Of a stretch of 64,000 nt of DNA, positions 27,847-37,054 are shown in pieces. The stretch is from a plasmid. Both the position numbers and the translations under genes were made by a program. Each line of letters starts with the position of its first letter. Position 1 is the stretch's first letter. Below the pieces are notes generated by a model, which saw only the letters and a list, made by a program, of their open reading frames with translations, was not told the origin of the DNA and searched no databases. The stretch is from sequence record NZ_CP022047.2; one strand, 5' to 3'.

Positions 27847-28179
27847 ATGAAAGTAGAAGAGTTTATAGAATATGAGTTGCACAGAAAAATTTTCCTTACT
27901 CCTATAAAAGATAATTATCAACTAACAAGAGATGAGTTACTTTTACTTGGTATTTTTCAGAAATTTGATTACATTAATGAAGTTTACCTAACCGATTTTA
28001 TTTATTTAGCAAACAAGTATCAACTTCATTACACAAAACCATTAAAATCATTAGCTAGTAAAAATTTTTTTAAGAAAAAGAGACTTATTGAAGATGAACG
28101 CACAGTCATTCTATATGATATAAATTATAGGAAGATAAATGATATATTTAATCATATTAATTCAGAAATTTTCAATTAG
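27847..28179 (+). CDS. SarA-family winged-helix regulator (paralog 1)
   Basis: 110 aa with the KxRxxxDER signature (KKRLIEDER). Similar in length and pattern to the 30627 and 34936 ORFs. Confidence 0.6.
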   Translation: MKVEEFIEYELHRKIFLTPIKDNYQLTRDELLLLGIFQKFDYINEVYLTDFIYLANKYQLHYTKPLKSLASKNFFKKKRLIEDERTVILYDINYRKINDIFNHINSEIFN

Positions 28180-28290
28180 AAACATTTCAAGGGGGAGCAT
28201 AAGCAAAAAAATGCCTACAAAGTCTTAGACTATGTAGGCTCTAAAACATGTGATTATATATTCACATGTTTTATTAAATACAGTAGTTTA

Positions 28291-28671
28291 CTATCCTAGA
28301 TAATAAAAAGTGATGGTCATGATCATAATACATACAATTTTATAGCTTTCATTAATTAAAATGAGCTTTATGGATTTCATTTCAAATAAATAATTCTTTA
28401 AACTAGATGCAACAGCAATAAAAGCGATTACAACGCCCCCGAATATTACATTTAAATTTATATGGTGAAGTAAATAAAAAATTAAGAAAGCCACTAATAT
28501 TTCTGTGATTAATGAAATTAACATTTCCTTCTTCCCACCATCACTAGATTCAATTGTTTCTTTATTTACCCCAACTTCACGCATCCATACCTTACCAAAT
28601 ATAATTGAATACCAAAGTGCTCCTACCATAAATGCTAAAATTCCAGATAATACTATGGCCACAATATTCAT
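28291..28671 (-). CDS. DUF1761-like membrane protein
   Basis: 126 aa with four hydrophobic helices; placed by pattern only. Confidence 0.4.
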   Translation of the reverse strand: MNIVAIVLSGILAFMVGALWYSIIFGKVWMREVGVNKETIESSDGGKKEMLISLITEILVAFLIFYLLHHINLNVIFGGVVIAFIAVASSLKNYLFEMKSIKLILINESYKIVCIMIMTITFYYLG

Positions 28672-28703
28672 TTATGTTCTTCCTCCATAGATTCTTTATA
28701 GAC

Positions 28704-29120
28704 TCAATCAATAAATTGGACTATTACTTTATCATTTTGTTTTTTAGGCATTAATATCAACATAATTTTACCTATAAAATTAAGACCTTTGTTTTGGCCA
28801 CTATAAGTAAACTTAGTTTCATTTTCATTTATCTTTTCTAATATATAGTCAGCCTCGATATCAAACATTTTACCTAACTGAAACCCAGAACGGTTATGTT
28901 TATAATTCGAAGTGTTTGTATATTCTAAATCCGTAACAACATATTTCATAATTCTTTTTCCTTCTTTATATGTCTGTTCATATGTGGATCCAACTACATT
29001 TTCTGTCTTATTTATTACTTTCATATCGACTATTTGAGGCATTATACGTTTTATATTTTCTAAATCAAATAAACTCCATACATTTTCTATATTAGTTGGT
29101 ATAATAATTGTTTTTACCAT
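28704..29120 (-). CDS. SRPBCC (START/Bet v1-like) ligand-binding family protein
   Basis: 138 aa; typical size and placement immediately downstream of a TetR regulator. Confidence 0.4.
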   Translation of the reverse strand: MVKTIIIPTNIENVWSLFDLENIKRIMPQIVDMKVINKTENVVGSTYEQTYKEGKRIMKYVVTDLEYTNTSNYKHNRSGFQLGKMFDIEADYILEKINENETKFTYSGQNKGLNFIGKIMLILMPKKQNDKVIVQFID

Positions 29121-29146
29121 TTAAGCATAAAAAGCCCCCCCTTTAC

Positions 29147-29695
29147 TTAAGCACAACGAATAATATCAGTTAACATTTCTCCAACAAGCTTTTTTCTTTT
29201 CTCGACGTCTACACTATTTTCTTTAATAAAAATATATGATTGTTCTGCGGCGTGCTCAATTGTTCCTACAATAATTTGTGCTTTTAAATTAGTAGAGGTA
29301 TCTTTTTTACTAAATAGTAATTCTTCTACACGATCATAAAACTTAGAATAGATACTTTCCCACTCATTTAAATTTCCACTTCCAATAAATGAATGATATA
29401 ACGATTCAATAATATCTTTATTTTTTTTATTATAGTTAAATATCACTTCTATAATGTTATTAATAGTTTTTGACTTATCCTTATTATAGGGGATTTCATT
29501 TAGTTCATTAACCATCTCGTCTAAAATGACGCTTGCAAAGTATGAAACTAAATCTAATTTTGAATCAAAATAGGTATAAAATGTTCCTTTACCAAATCCA
29601 GCATCATCAACGATGTCAGATACATTCATTTTATGAAAACCTTTAGTTATTAATAAATGTTGTGCGGATTTAACTAGCTTATCTTTTGTGTACAA
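29147..29695 (-). CDS. TetR-family transcriptional regulator
   Basis: N-terminal helix-turn-helix VSDIVDDAGFGKGTFYTYFDSK; paralog of the 31025-31591 gene. Confidence 0.8.
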   Translation of the reverse strand: MYTKDKLVKSAQHLLITKGFHKMNVSDIVDDAGFGKGTFYTYFDSKLDLVSYFASVILDEMVNELNEIPYNKDKSKTINNIIEVIFNYNKKNKDIIESLYHSFIGSGNLNEWESIYSKFYDRVEELLFSKKDTSTNLKAQIIVGTIEHAAEQSYIFIKENSVDVEKRKKLVGEMLTDIIRCA

Positions 29696-29942
29696 TATAA
29701 AACCTCCAATTTTTTCTAAGTTAATTATAATAAATCTTTACTAAAATTTATATATACTAATAGACCTTTAATTATTTATTGCTAATCTTGCTTTAATAAT
29801 TATATAAAATAAGTGACTACTAGTCAAAATTAACGAGAAATTTTTTATTAATTTTACACTATTCTCTTGCATTTTATAAATAATTATTATATATTAATAT
29901 ACATCAACCGACGGTCAGTCGGAAAAAATAAAGGAGATTTAT

Positions 29943-30281
29943 ATGAAAAATCCATGGTTTTATGTTTTTCTTACATGTGTACTAGAAGTTGTATGGGTTT
30001 TTGGTTTTAATGTTGCTAACACTTGGTGGCATTGGATTCCCATTGTTTTAGTTATTGTAGTTGATTTTTATTTATTATCTAAGGCTTGTGAAAGTTTACC
30101 AACGGGTACAGTGTATGCTGTGTTTGCAGGTGCTGGAACGGTTGGAACTGTCTTAATGGATACATTTATTTTCAATAGTACGATGACATTTTCTAAGTTA
30201 TTTTTTATTTCTTTAGTAGTATTAGGTGTTATTTTTCTAAAGCTTTTAGATAATTCTAATGAATCGGAGGTAGTAAAGTAA
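29943..30281 (+). CDS. small multidrug resistance (SMR) family transporter subunit (paired SMR, subunit 1)
   Basis: 112 aa with four transmembrane helices. Confidence 0.7.
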   Translation: MKNPWFYVFLTCVLEVVWVFGFNVANTWWHWIPIVLVIVVDFYLLSKACESLPTGTVYAVFAGAGTVGTVLMDTFIFNSTMTFSKLFFISLVVLGVIFLKLLDNSNESEVVK

Positions 30282-30596
30282 ATGGGATGGATATTGGTTA
30301 TACTAGCTGCACTATTTGAAGTAGTAGGAATAATTGGTTTGAAAAAATTTAGTAGTGAAAAAAACTTAAATAATGGAATTCTTCTGTTTGTAGGTTTTAT
30401 TGGCTCTTTAACACTATTGTATTCTGCTTTTAATTATATACAAATGAGTATTGCTTATTCTGTATGGGTAGGTATTGGAACAGCATCAGCTGTAGTTTTA
30501 AATATGGTTTTCTTTAATGAACCTAAAAATATGGGAAGAATTTTAAGCCTTATATTAATAATTATAGGAGTCGTAGGACTAAAAGCTGTTTCTTAA
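30282..30596 (+). CDS. SMR family transporter subunit (paired SMR, subunit 2)
   Basis: 104 aa with four transmembrane helices and a conserved membrane-embedded Glu (ALFEVVG). Start overlaps the stop of subunit 1. Confidence 0.7.
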   Translation: MGWILVILAALFEVVGIIGLKKFSSEKNLNNGILLFVGFIGSLTLLYSAFNYIQMSIAYSVWVGIGTASAVVLNMVFFNEPKNMGRILSLILIIIGVVGLKAVS

Positions 30597-30626
30597 AATT
30601 CTAAGTAAAATAAAGGGGAATAAAGT

Positions 30627-30977
30627 GTGGAAGACTTCATAAAGTATGAATTAAATAGAAAACTATATATCAATAAAATAGAAAATAGTTTTGATATCAA
30701 TAGAGAAGAGCTATTGATACTGTCGATTATTAAAGAAATAAATAGTGATAAGATATATTTAAGTGAATTGTTATATCATATAAATAAGTACAATTTATAC
30801 TATACTAAACATTTAAAATCACTTAGAAAAAAGAATTACTTTACCAAAAAAAGATTACCTGAAGATGAAAGATCTGTTATTATACAAGATATTAACTATG
30901 AAAAAATTGAAGATTTATTTGACGATATTTATTCAATAGTATTTGATACAAATGAAAAAAATGACAAAAGGACGTAA
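30627..30977 (+). CDS. SarA-family winged-helix regulator (paralog 2)
   Basis: GTG start after AAAGGGGA. KKRLPEDER signature; about 45% identical by eye to the 27847 ORF. Confidence 0.6.
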   Translation: MEDFIKYELNRKLYINKIENSFDINREELLILSIIKEINSDKIYLSELLYHINKYNLYYTKHLKSLRKKNYFTKKRLPEDERSVIIQDINYEKIEDLFDDIYSIVFDTNEKNDKRT

Positions 30978-31024
30978 GACTGTGTTCTTTTGTCATTTTT
31001 ATTTTTATGCCAATTATCTGAAAA

Positions 31025-31591
31025 TTAAAGTTGGATATTTTTAGATAATTCGTAAACAACGGCTTTCCTTTTTTTTATATGTTCATCACTTTCATTTAAA
31101 AATATATAGCCTTGTTCAGCAGAATATTCTATCATTCCAACTACTGTTTGAGTTTTTATCAATGTCTCTTTACTATATTCTTCGAATAATAATTTTTCTA
31201 TACAAGAATAAAACTTTCTATACATATTTTCCCATTCATTTAAATTACTAGTTCCCATATAAGAATGAAATAAGGCTTTAATAATTTCACTGTTTTTTCT
31301 ATTATTTTCAAAGATTATTTCAATAATCTGAAATAGAGTTTCTGATTGGTTGCTATTATAATTTAATTTTTCAAGTTCTGTGATCATGTCATCCAAGATA
31401 CTATTTGCAAAATATCCAATTAATTCATTCTTAGATTTAAAGTATGTGTAGAAAGTTCCTTTACCAAAACCAGCTTCATGGGATATATCAGAAACATTCA
31501 TGTTGTGGAAACCATTCGTTATTAGCAAGTTTTTTGCTGATTCAACTATCTTTTCTTTTGTACTCAATATATACACCTCCAATTTAATCAA
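31025..31591 (-). CDS. TetR-family transcriptional regulator (paralog of 29147-29695)
   Basis: VSDISHEAGFGKGTFYTYFKSK helix-turn-helix with shared downstream blocks (NLNEWE..YRKFY). Confidence 0.8.
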   Translation of the reverse strand: MIKLEVYILSTKEKIVESAKNLLITNGFHNMNVSDISHEAGFGKGTFYTYFKSKNELIGYFANSILDDMITELEKLNYNSNQSETLFQIIEIIFENNRKNSEIIKALFHSYMGTSNLNEWENMYRKFYSCIEKLLFEEYSKETLIKTQTVVGMIEYSAEQGYIFLNESDEHIKKRKAVVYELSKNIQL

Positions 31592-31700
31592 TAACTTTAA
31601 TTATAATAAATTGACAGAAAAAAACAAATACTTATTAAAAAAAATGTTTTTTAGTAGAAAGAACTTCTAATTATATATATATTATTTAATTCTTAATTAT

Positions 31701-31754
31701 TATAACAGAAACATGTGACATGTTACTTGTAACATGTCACATGTTTCTGTTATA
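31701..31754. promoter_or_regulatory. 54-bp near-perfect palindrome TATAACAGAAACATGTGACATGTTAC-tt-GTAACATGTCACATGTTTCTGTTATA overlapping the parA-2 promoter; candidate operator/centromere
   Basis: 26-bp arms are exact reverse complements. It ends 33 bp before the parA-2 start. Confidence 0.7.
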
Positions 31755-31786
31755 ATTACTTTATCATAGGAATAGAGGTGTGCTTC

Positions 31787-32578
31787 GTGTCTGTTATTAC
31801 AATTGGAAACTTTAAAGGTGGAGTAGGTAAAACAACTGTTTCAACATTACTATCTTATATAGCATCAGAAAGATATGATAAAAAAGTTTTACTGATTGAT
31901 TTTGATCCTCAAGGAAATGCTACTCAAATTATGAAAAGAACATATCCGGAAGCCTTAGAAGAAACAAAAAGTTTTATTGAGACTCTAAAGTCAGGTGAAT
32001 TAAGTGAAAGCATGATAAATTTATCAAATAATCTTTCTCTGCTACCTGCTGATTCTTCATTAGCTAATTTATCGGATATAATTGCAAAAACTGACATTGT
32101 AAAAAAAAGATATATACTTAAAACAGTTATTGATCAAATTAAAATAGACTATAATTTTGATTACATTTTCATCGATGTTCCACCAACTATAAATTCAGAT
32201 TTTACTAATAATGCTGTATATGCAAGTGACTATATTGCAATGGTATTTCAAACACAACAATCAGCATATGAAAGTAGTTTGTCTTTTGTAAACTTTTTAC
32301 GGGATAGAAAAAAAGAGTCCAATCTACCCTTTGAATTAATTGGTGCTATACCAGTACTAATTAAGAGAAATGGAAAAATTGATGAACAAATTTTAAAAAT
32401 ATCTAAAGAAACCTTTTCAAATGCTCTTTTCAAAAACCAGATATTTCAAAGAGAAAGAATCAAGAAATTCGGTGCAGAAGGTATCAGGGACAAAGATACA
32501 CATGATAAGAGAGTACTACATATGCTTGAAGAAATTTATATAGAGCTTATTGAAAGAATAGAACTCATTGAAGGATAG
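31787..32578 (+). CDS. parA: ParA-family partition ATPase (second copy)
   Basis: GTG start after AGAGGTG. GNFKGGVGKTTVST deviant Walker A and IDFDPQGN. Confidence 0.8.
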   Translation: MSVITIGNFKGGVGKTTVSTLLSYIASERYDKKVLLIDFDPQGNATQIMKRTYPEALEETKSFIETLKSGELSESMINLSNNLSLLPADSSLANLSDIIAKTDIVKKRYILKTVIDQIKIDYNFDYIFIDVPPTINSDFTNNAVYASDYIAMVFQTQQSAYESSLSFVNFLRDRKKESNLPFELIGAIPVLIKRNGKIDEQILKISKETFSNALFKNQIFQRERIKKFGAEGIRDKDTHDKRVLHMLEEIYIELIERIELIEG

Positions 32579-32830
32579 GTGATTAATATGGCAGGGTTTT
32601 TAGACGAGATAAAAGTAGAAAATAATAAGAAGAAAAGTTTTTTAGATGATATAGATACATCTGCTGTAAAATATACGGAAAATTACAAGCCCGTGGCGAA
32701 AAGTACAACAATGAGAGTAGATACTCTCATTAAAAAAAGGTTAAATCAAATGGCATTAGATAAAGATACTTCAATAAAAGCAATATCAGATCAAGTACTA
32801 AATGAATTTTTGGAGAAAAATAATTATTAA
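32579..32830 (+). CDS. ribbon-helix-helix partition/repressor protein (ParG/omega-like)
   Basis: 83 aa. TTMRVDTLIKKRLNQMALDKDTSIKAISDQVLNEFLEK fits a beta-alpha-alpha RHH pattern. Likely ATG at 32588. Confidence 0.55.
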   Translation: MINMAGFLDEIKVENNKKKSFLDDIDTSAVKYTENYKPVAKSTTMRVDTLIKKRLNQMALDKDTSIKAISDQVLNEFLEKNNY

Positions 32831-32891
32831 AAGAGACCATCGTGTATTAACACGATGGTCTTTTATTCATCATTGCTTTAAAAATATTTAT

Positions 32892-33350
32892 TTAGCTAGT
32901 TACTTTTAAGTAATTTAATTTTTGCAACGTTATATATTTAATGATTAGAATAGATGATCCAAAATGGAGAAGTGCAAATGCTATAGGAGCTGTATAGTCT
33001 ATATGAAAGTTATGAACAAATGTATATTTCAATATTATATTCGATATAAAATTACATAATAATAATATTATAGATACATAACTACCTTTCATCATCCATC
33101 TATTATTTATATTACAGAAATAAATATCAAAACTTAATCCTTTTAAATAACCAAATAATAGACCAAATGTGATTGTTAATAGCGAAAAATATATTAATGG
33201 CAAATTGAAGGAGTTATTAACTGTATTTTTTAATAGAATAACTAACCCAGCAAAAATGACTATACAACTAAACAAATAGGAGGTATTCAACTTCCTATTC
33301 ATCAGTATTCTTAAACTAAATGTAAAAAAAATTATGATATATATATACAT
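32892..33350 (-). CDS. hypothetical membrane protein
   Basis: 152 aa with four hydrophobic helices. Confidence 0.35.
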   Translation of the reverse strand: MYIYIIIFFTFSLRILMNRKLNTSYLFSCIVIFAGLVILLKNTVNNSFNLPLIYFSLLTITFGLLFGYLKGLSFDIYFCNINNRWMMKGSYVSIILLLCNFISNIILKYTFVHNFHIDYTAPIAFALLHFGSSILIIKYITLQKLNYLKVTS

Positions 33351-33440
33351 TCATTACTCCTTTTGCGTTCATTGAATTGTATTATAAACTATGTTAATCT
33401 TCTGTAATAGACTCATAGTCAAATTAAGGGAGAATTTTAT

Positions 33441-33956
33441 ATGAAAAATTTCAAATGGTTTAGCTTAGTATCTGGTAGTATTTTTATATTAATTGGTATT
33501 TTATGTTTCCTTTTTCCATTAGAGAGTATAAAGAACATGTTTATATTAATAGGCATATTTTTAATTTTTAATGGAATTTTAGAAATATTTGTATTTCAAA
33601 AGTTAAAAGAAATAATTAACTTTTCTAGGTTTTGGTCTATTTTATTAGGTGTATTACACATACTAACTGGCTTATTTATAATTATGAATTTAGAAGCTAG
33701 TTTTGTTGTTTTATCTTATATCCTATCTATTTGGTTCATATTATCATCGATATCAAATATTTATAAAGCAACTCCTTTAGAAAAATCAAATAAGCTCTAT
33801 CATAGCTTAAGTATATTATTAAATATTTTAGGTATAGCTATTGGTATAATATTATTATTTAATCCCTTCATAGTTATAGTATTAATTTCATTTTTAATAA
33901 GCTGTTACTTTATAATTTTTGGGTTAAGTCATATCATTTATGCATTAGCCAAATAA
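33441..33956 (+). CDS. HdeD/DUF308-like membrane protein
   Basis: 171 aa with six short hydrophobic helices containing small residues. Confidence 0.45.
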   Translation: MKNFKWFSLVSGSIFILIGILCFLFPLESIKNMFILIGIFLIFNGILEIFVFQKLKEIINFSRFWSILLGVLHILTGLFIIMNLEASFVVLSYILSIWFILSSISNIYKATPLEKSNKLYHSLSILLNILGIAIGIILLFNPFIVIVLISFLISCYFIIFGLSHIIYALAK

Positions 33957-34067
33957 ATATTACTCAAAATATATGGAAATACATTTTATACTTACTAAGA
34001 AGTAGTCTAAATTTTAAAAATTATATAAGTAATTTCATATCTATCTGTACTTAGCAGATAGATATTT

Positions 34068-34122
34068 TTATACAAATCACATGTAACAAGTTACTTGTTA
34101 CATGTGATTTGTATAAAAAGCA
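34068..34122. promoter_or_regulatory. 55-bp near-perfect palindrome TTTTTATACAAATCACATGTAACAAGT-t-ACTTGTTACATGTGATTTGTATAAAAA upstream of the aquaporin gene
   Basis: 27-bp arms are exact reverse complements. Shares ATCACATGT(A/T)AC half-sites with the 26170 palindrome. Confidence 0.7.
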
Positions 34123-34202
34123 ACTATAATATATAAAAAAGCAATTGATAATAATTGACTTCCACTATATAATTATTTTCTAAATTAAGTAGGAGGTTAT
34201 TT

Positions 34203-34889
34203 ATGAACAAGTTTTTTGCTGAGTTATTTGGTACGTTTATTTTGGTATTTTTTGGTACGGGAACAGCTGTGATGACTGTTTTAAATCCAGAAAATAATGT
34301 TGGACATCTAGGCATAGCAATAGCGTTTGGTTTAACGATCGTTGCTGCTTGCTATAGTATTGGCCATATTTCAGGAGGGCACTTAAACCCTGCTATTTCT
34401 TTGGCAATGTATATGGACAAAAGAATTAATTTAAAAACATTGATAGGTTACATGATTTTTCAAATAATTGGAGCAATTATAGCTACAACAATCATTTGGA
34501 TAATTTTACATACAACAAATATAAATGTCTCTAATTATACTTATGGACAAAATACGTTAGGATCTTTAAATGTATTAGGGGCTTTGTTGACTGAATTTAT
34601 ATTAAGTACAGTATTCATATTCGTTGTTTTAAGTGTGACAAAAGAAAGTTTTACTTCTTCAAATATTGCAGTCTTAATCATTGGTTTAACATTAACTTTA
34701 GTACATTTAATAGGAATTCCGTTAACTGGTACATCTGTTAACCCAGCAAGAAGTATAGGGCCTGCTATTTTTGCTCAAGATAATGCTTTAAAAGAGTTGT
34801 GGATTTTTATATTAGCACCATTATTAGGAGCAATATGTGCGACATTCTTACATAAGTCATTTGAAAATAAAGGTTATAAAAACAAGTAA
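34203..34889 (+). CDS. MIP-family channel (aquaporin / glycerol facilitator-like)
   Basis: Two NPA boxes (GGHLNPAISLA and VNPARSIGPA) and six transmembrane helices. Confidence 0.85.
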   Translation: MNKFFAELFGTFILVFFGTGTAVMTVLNPENNVGHLGIAIAFGLTIVAACYSIGHISGGHLNPAISLAMYMDKRINLKTLIGYMIFQIIGAIIATTIIWIILHTTNINVSNYTYGQNTLGSLNVLGALLTEFILSTVFIFVVLSVTKESFTSSNIAVLIIGLTLTLVHLIGIPLTGTSVNPARSIGPAIFAQDNALKELWIFILAPLLGAICATFLHKSFENKGYKNK

Positions 34890-34935
34890 CGGAATCGTTA
34901 CTTGTTTTTACAACATAAGGGAGGGTTTTATTAAT

Positions 34936-35259
34936 ATGAATCTTAAACAAATTAAAAATTATCTTGATTATATGGAAAAAATTGAAAAGGAAATATTGAA
35001 AGAGTTTGGCATCGATTTAAATGATTTAAAGATTATATTAATCATTTCAAATAATAACAATACTATTTCTAAAGTTGAAGCATATAAACACAGTAATTTA
35101 AAGGTAAGTGCATTTAATATTCATGTAAAAAAACTTTATAAGTTAGGTTATATTCATAAAGAGCGAGATGTGGTTGATGAAAGAACTTTAATATTATCCA
35201 CAAATCAAAAACTAGTTAACAAAATAGAAGAAAGATTTAATCTAATAAAGCGTCTTTAA
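34936..35259 (+). CDS. SarA-family winged-helix regulator (paralog 3)
   Basis: KERDVVDER signature. The ORF-track start at 34837 overlaps the aquaporin gene; ATG 34936 is more plausible. Confidence 0.55.
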   Translation: MNLKQIKNYLDYMEKIEKEILKEFGIDLNDLKIILIISNNNNTISKVEAYKHSNLKVSAFNIHVKKLYKLGYIHKERDVVDERTLILSTNQKLVNKIEERFNLIKRL

Positions 35260-36758
35260 CTATTATTTAATTTATATAGTATATCTTTCCACTTATTTAA
35301 TATATTTTTATAGGAAAATTGATTGGACTCATGAACGCTATTATCTCTTAACTTTTGTTGTAGTGTACTATCCTCTAAAAAGAACTTAACTTTTTCGTAT
35401 AATTCTTCTTCATTATTTTTGTCAATCAAAAATCCATTAATATTATTTTTGATCATTTCTCTAGGGCCATATGCAATGTCATAACTTATAACAGGTACAC
35501 CATTAGATAAGGACTCTAATATTGCTAATGAGAATCCCTCCATATTACTAGTAATTAGGCTCAAATGAGAGGATTTCATTTCTTCTGTTAAATCTGATAT
35601 AAACCCCCTAAATTTAACATATTCTTTTAAATCCATTGCTTCTACAAGGTCTTTTAGCTTATTTTGTTCACTTCCATAACCAAATAAGTGGAGTTCTATT
35701 TCTTTAAAATCATTTTTTAATTTTGAAATCAAACGTATTTGATGATCTAGTTGTTTTTCAGGTGAATATCGTGCTATTGAAATCATTTTAAATGGTTTGT
35801 CTGGAACAGGAGCTATCTCAATTGCATGCTCTTCCTTATATCCAACTGGAATATTGTATACAGGAATTGAAGATGCAATTCTTTTATTTAAATCTATTTT
35901 TTGTTGTTCAGTAGAAACAATTATTGCAGAAAATCGATCGAGATTTTCAAAAACGGATTTATATATATTTTTAGTATTTGAATACTCAATATTATCATTA
36001 TCTTTAACATGTGTACTATGTAATACAGCAACTACAGGTATCTCCTTATTTATCATTAAAAATGGTGGAGAAGTATCAGCAGTTTTATCACTAAAATATA
36101 TATCACCTTTTTCATACAATTCCTCATAGAAAAATGAAACAAATTCATCATGAGTATTAAAATAGTAAGTCCTATTTTTAAATTCATTTAAAATAATCAT
36201 CGTTAAATCATTTTTATCTGATCCAGTATCATAATATTTTTCTATTTTAACGTCTCCATTAGTATTAAAAAATTCTTCGTGAAGTACTCTTTGGTTTTCA
36301 GTAAGATATTTCGTACAACTAATAAAGCCTCTTATATCATACAAATCTCTCTTGATTTTTCTGCCCTTAAGATCAAAATGGTTAATATAGTTGATAAATT
36401 TGTAATTGTCATCATAAAAGTTAACGTACATAATTTTTCTTCCATTAGAGAATATCCTTATATCATTAGTATCTGCTATATATTTAATTTCAAATCTATC
36501 TTCATAAATCCATTTAGATATCCAATTAGGTATTGTATTTAGTTCAATATGTATTGTTTCTTGAAAGTAATCATAGATGGAAAATATGTCTTTATTAACA
36601 CCAAATACTCCAGCATTGCCTGTTAATCGAGGATTCCAAGTTAAAGTTATGATTTTAGAATGAAGTAGTTCTTGATCAAAAAGTTTAAACCTATTAATTA
36701 CAGCTTTTTCTATTCCAGTTAATTTTTCGCCTATATTATTAATTACAAAATAATACAT
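35256..36758 (-). CDS. GT4 glycosyltransferase, GtfA/SdgB-like (serine-rich/SD-repeat protein glycosyltransferase)
   Basis: 500 aa. N-terminus MYYFVINNIGEKLTGIEKAV parallels the GtfA N-terminus MTIYNINYGIGWASSGVEYA. C-terminal GT4 motifs MEGFSLAILESLSNGVPVIS. Confidence 0.7.
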   Translation of the reverse strand: MYYFVINNIGEKLTGIEKAVINRFKLFDQELLHSKIITLTWNPRLTGNAGVFGVNKDIFSIYDYFQETIHIELNTIPNWISKWIYEDRFEIKYIADTNDIRIFSNGRKIMYVNFYDDNYKFINYINHFDLKGRKIKRDLYDIRGFISCTKYLTENQRVLHEEFFNTNGDVKIEKYYDTGSDKNDLTMIILNEFKNRTYYFNTHDEFVSFFYEELYEKGDIYFSDKTADTSPPFLMINKEIPVVAVLHSTHVKDNDNIEYSNTKNIYKSVFENLDRFSAIIVSTEQQKIDLNKRIASSIPVYNIPVGYKEEHAIEIAPVPDKPFKMISIARYSPEKQLDHQIRLISKLKNDFKEIELHLFGYGSEQNKLKDLVEAMDLKEYVKFRGFISDLTEEMKSSHLSLITSNMEGFSLAILESLSNGVPVISYDIAYGPREMIKNNINGFLIDKNNEEELYEKVKFFLEDSTLQQKLRDNSVHESNQFSYKNILNKWKDILYKLNNS

Positions 36759-37054
36759 GTTATATCCTCCTGATTGTAAAACTTGGAAATCAGTTAATTA
36801 TTGCTGAATGCCTTCTTTCCACTATTTATACCATAAGTTTAAGCTATTTGTGAAATTAGATATCAGAACTACAATGCAGCTATTTTTAATGTAATTAATA
36901 TTTTTTATATTTATTATTTAACTAAATTTAATAATTTAATTAAATAATATGACTGAATATTAGTCAGATTTTCCCGTTTAATTTATATTTATTTCCCACG
37001 ATTACTAGTGTATAATTCTCCTAGATTTATATTAAATAAATAAGAGGTGTTAAA

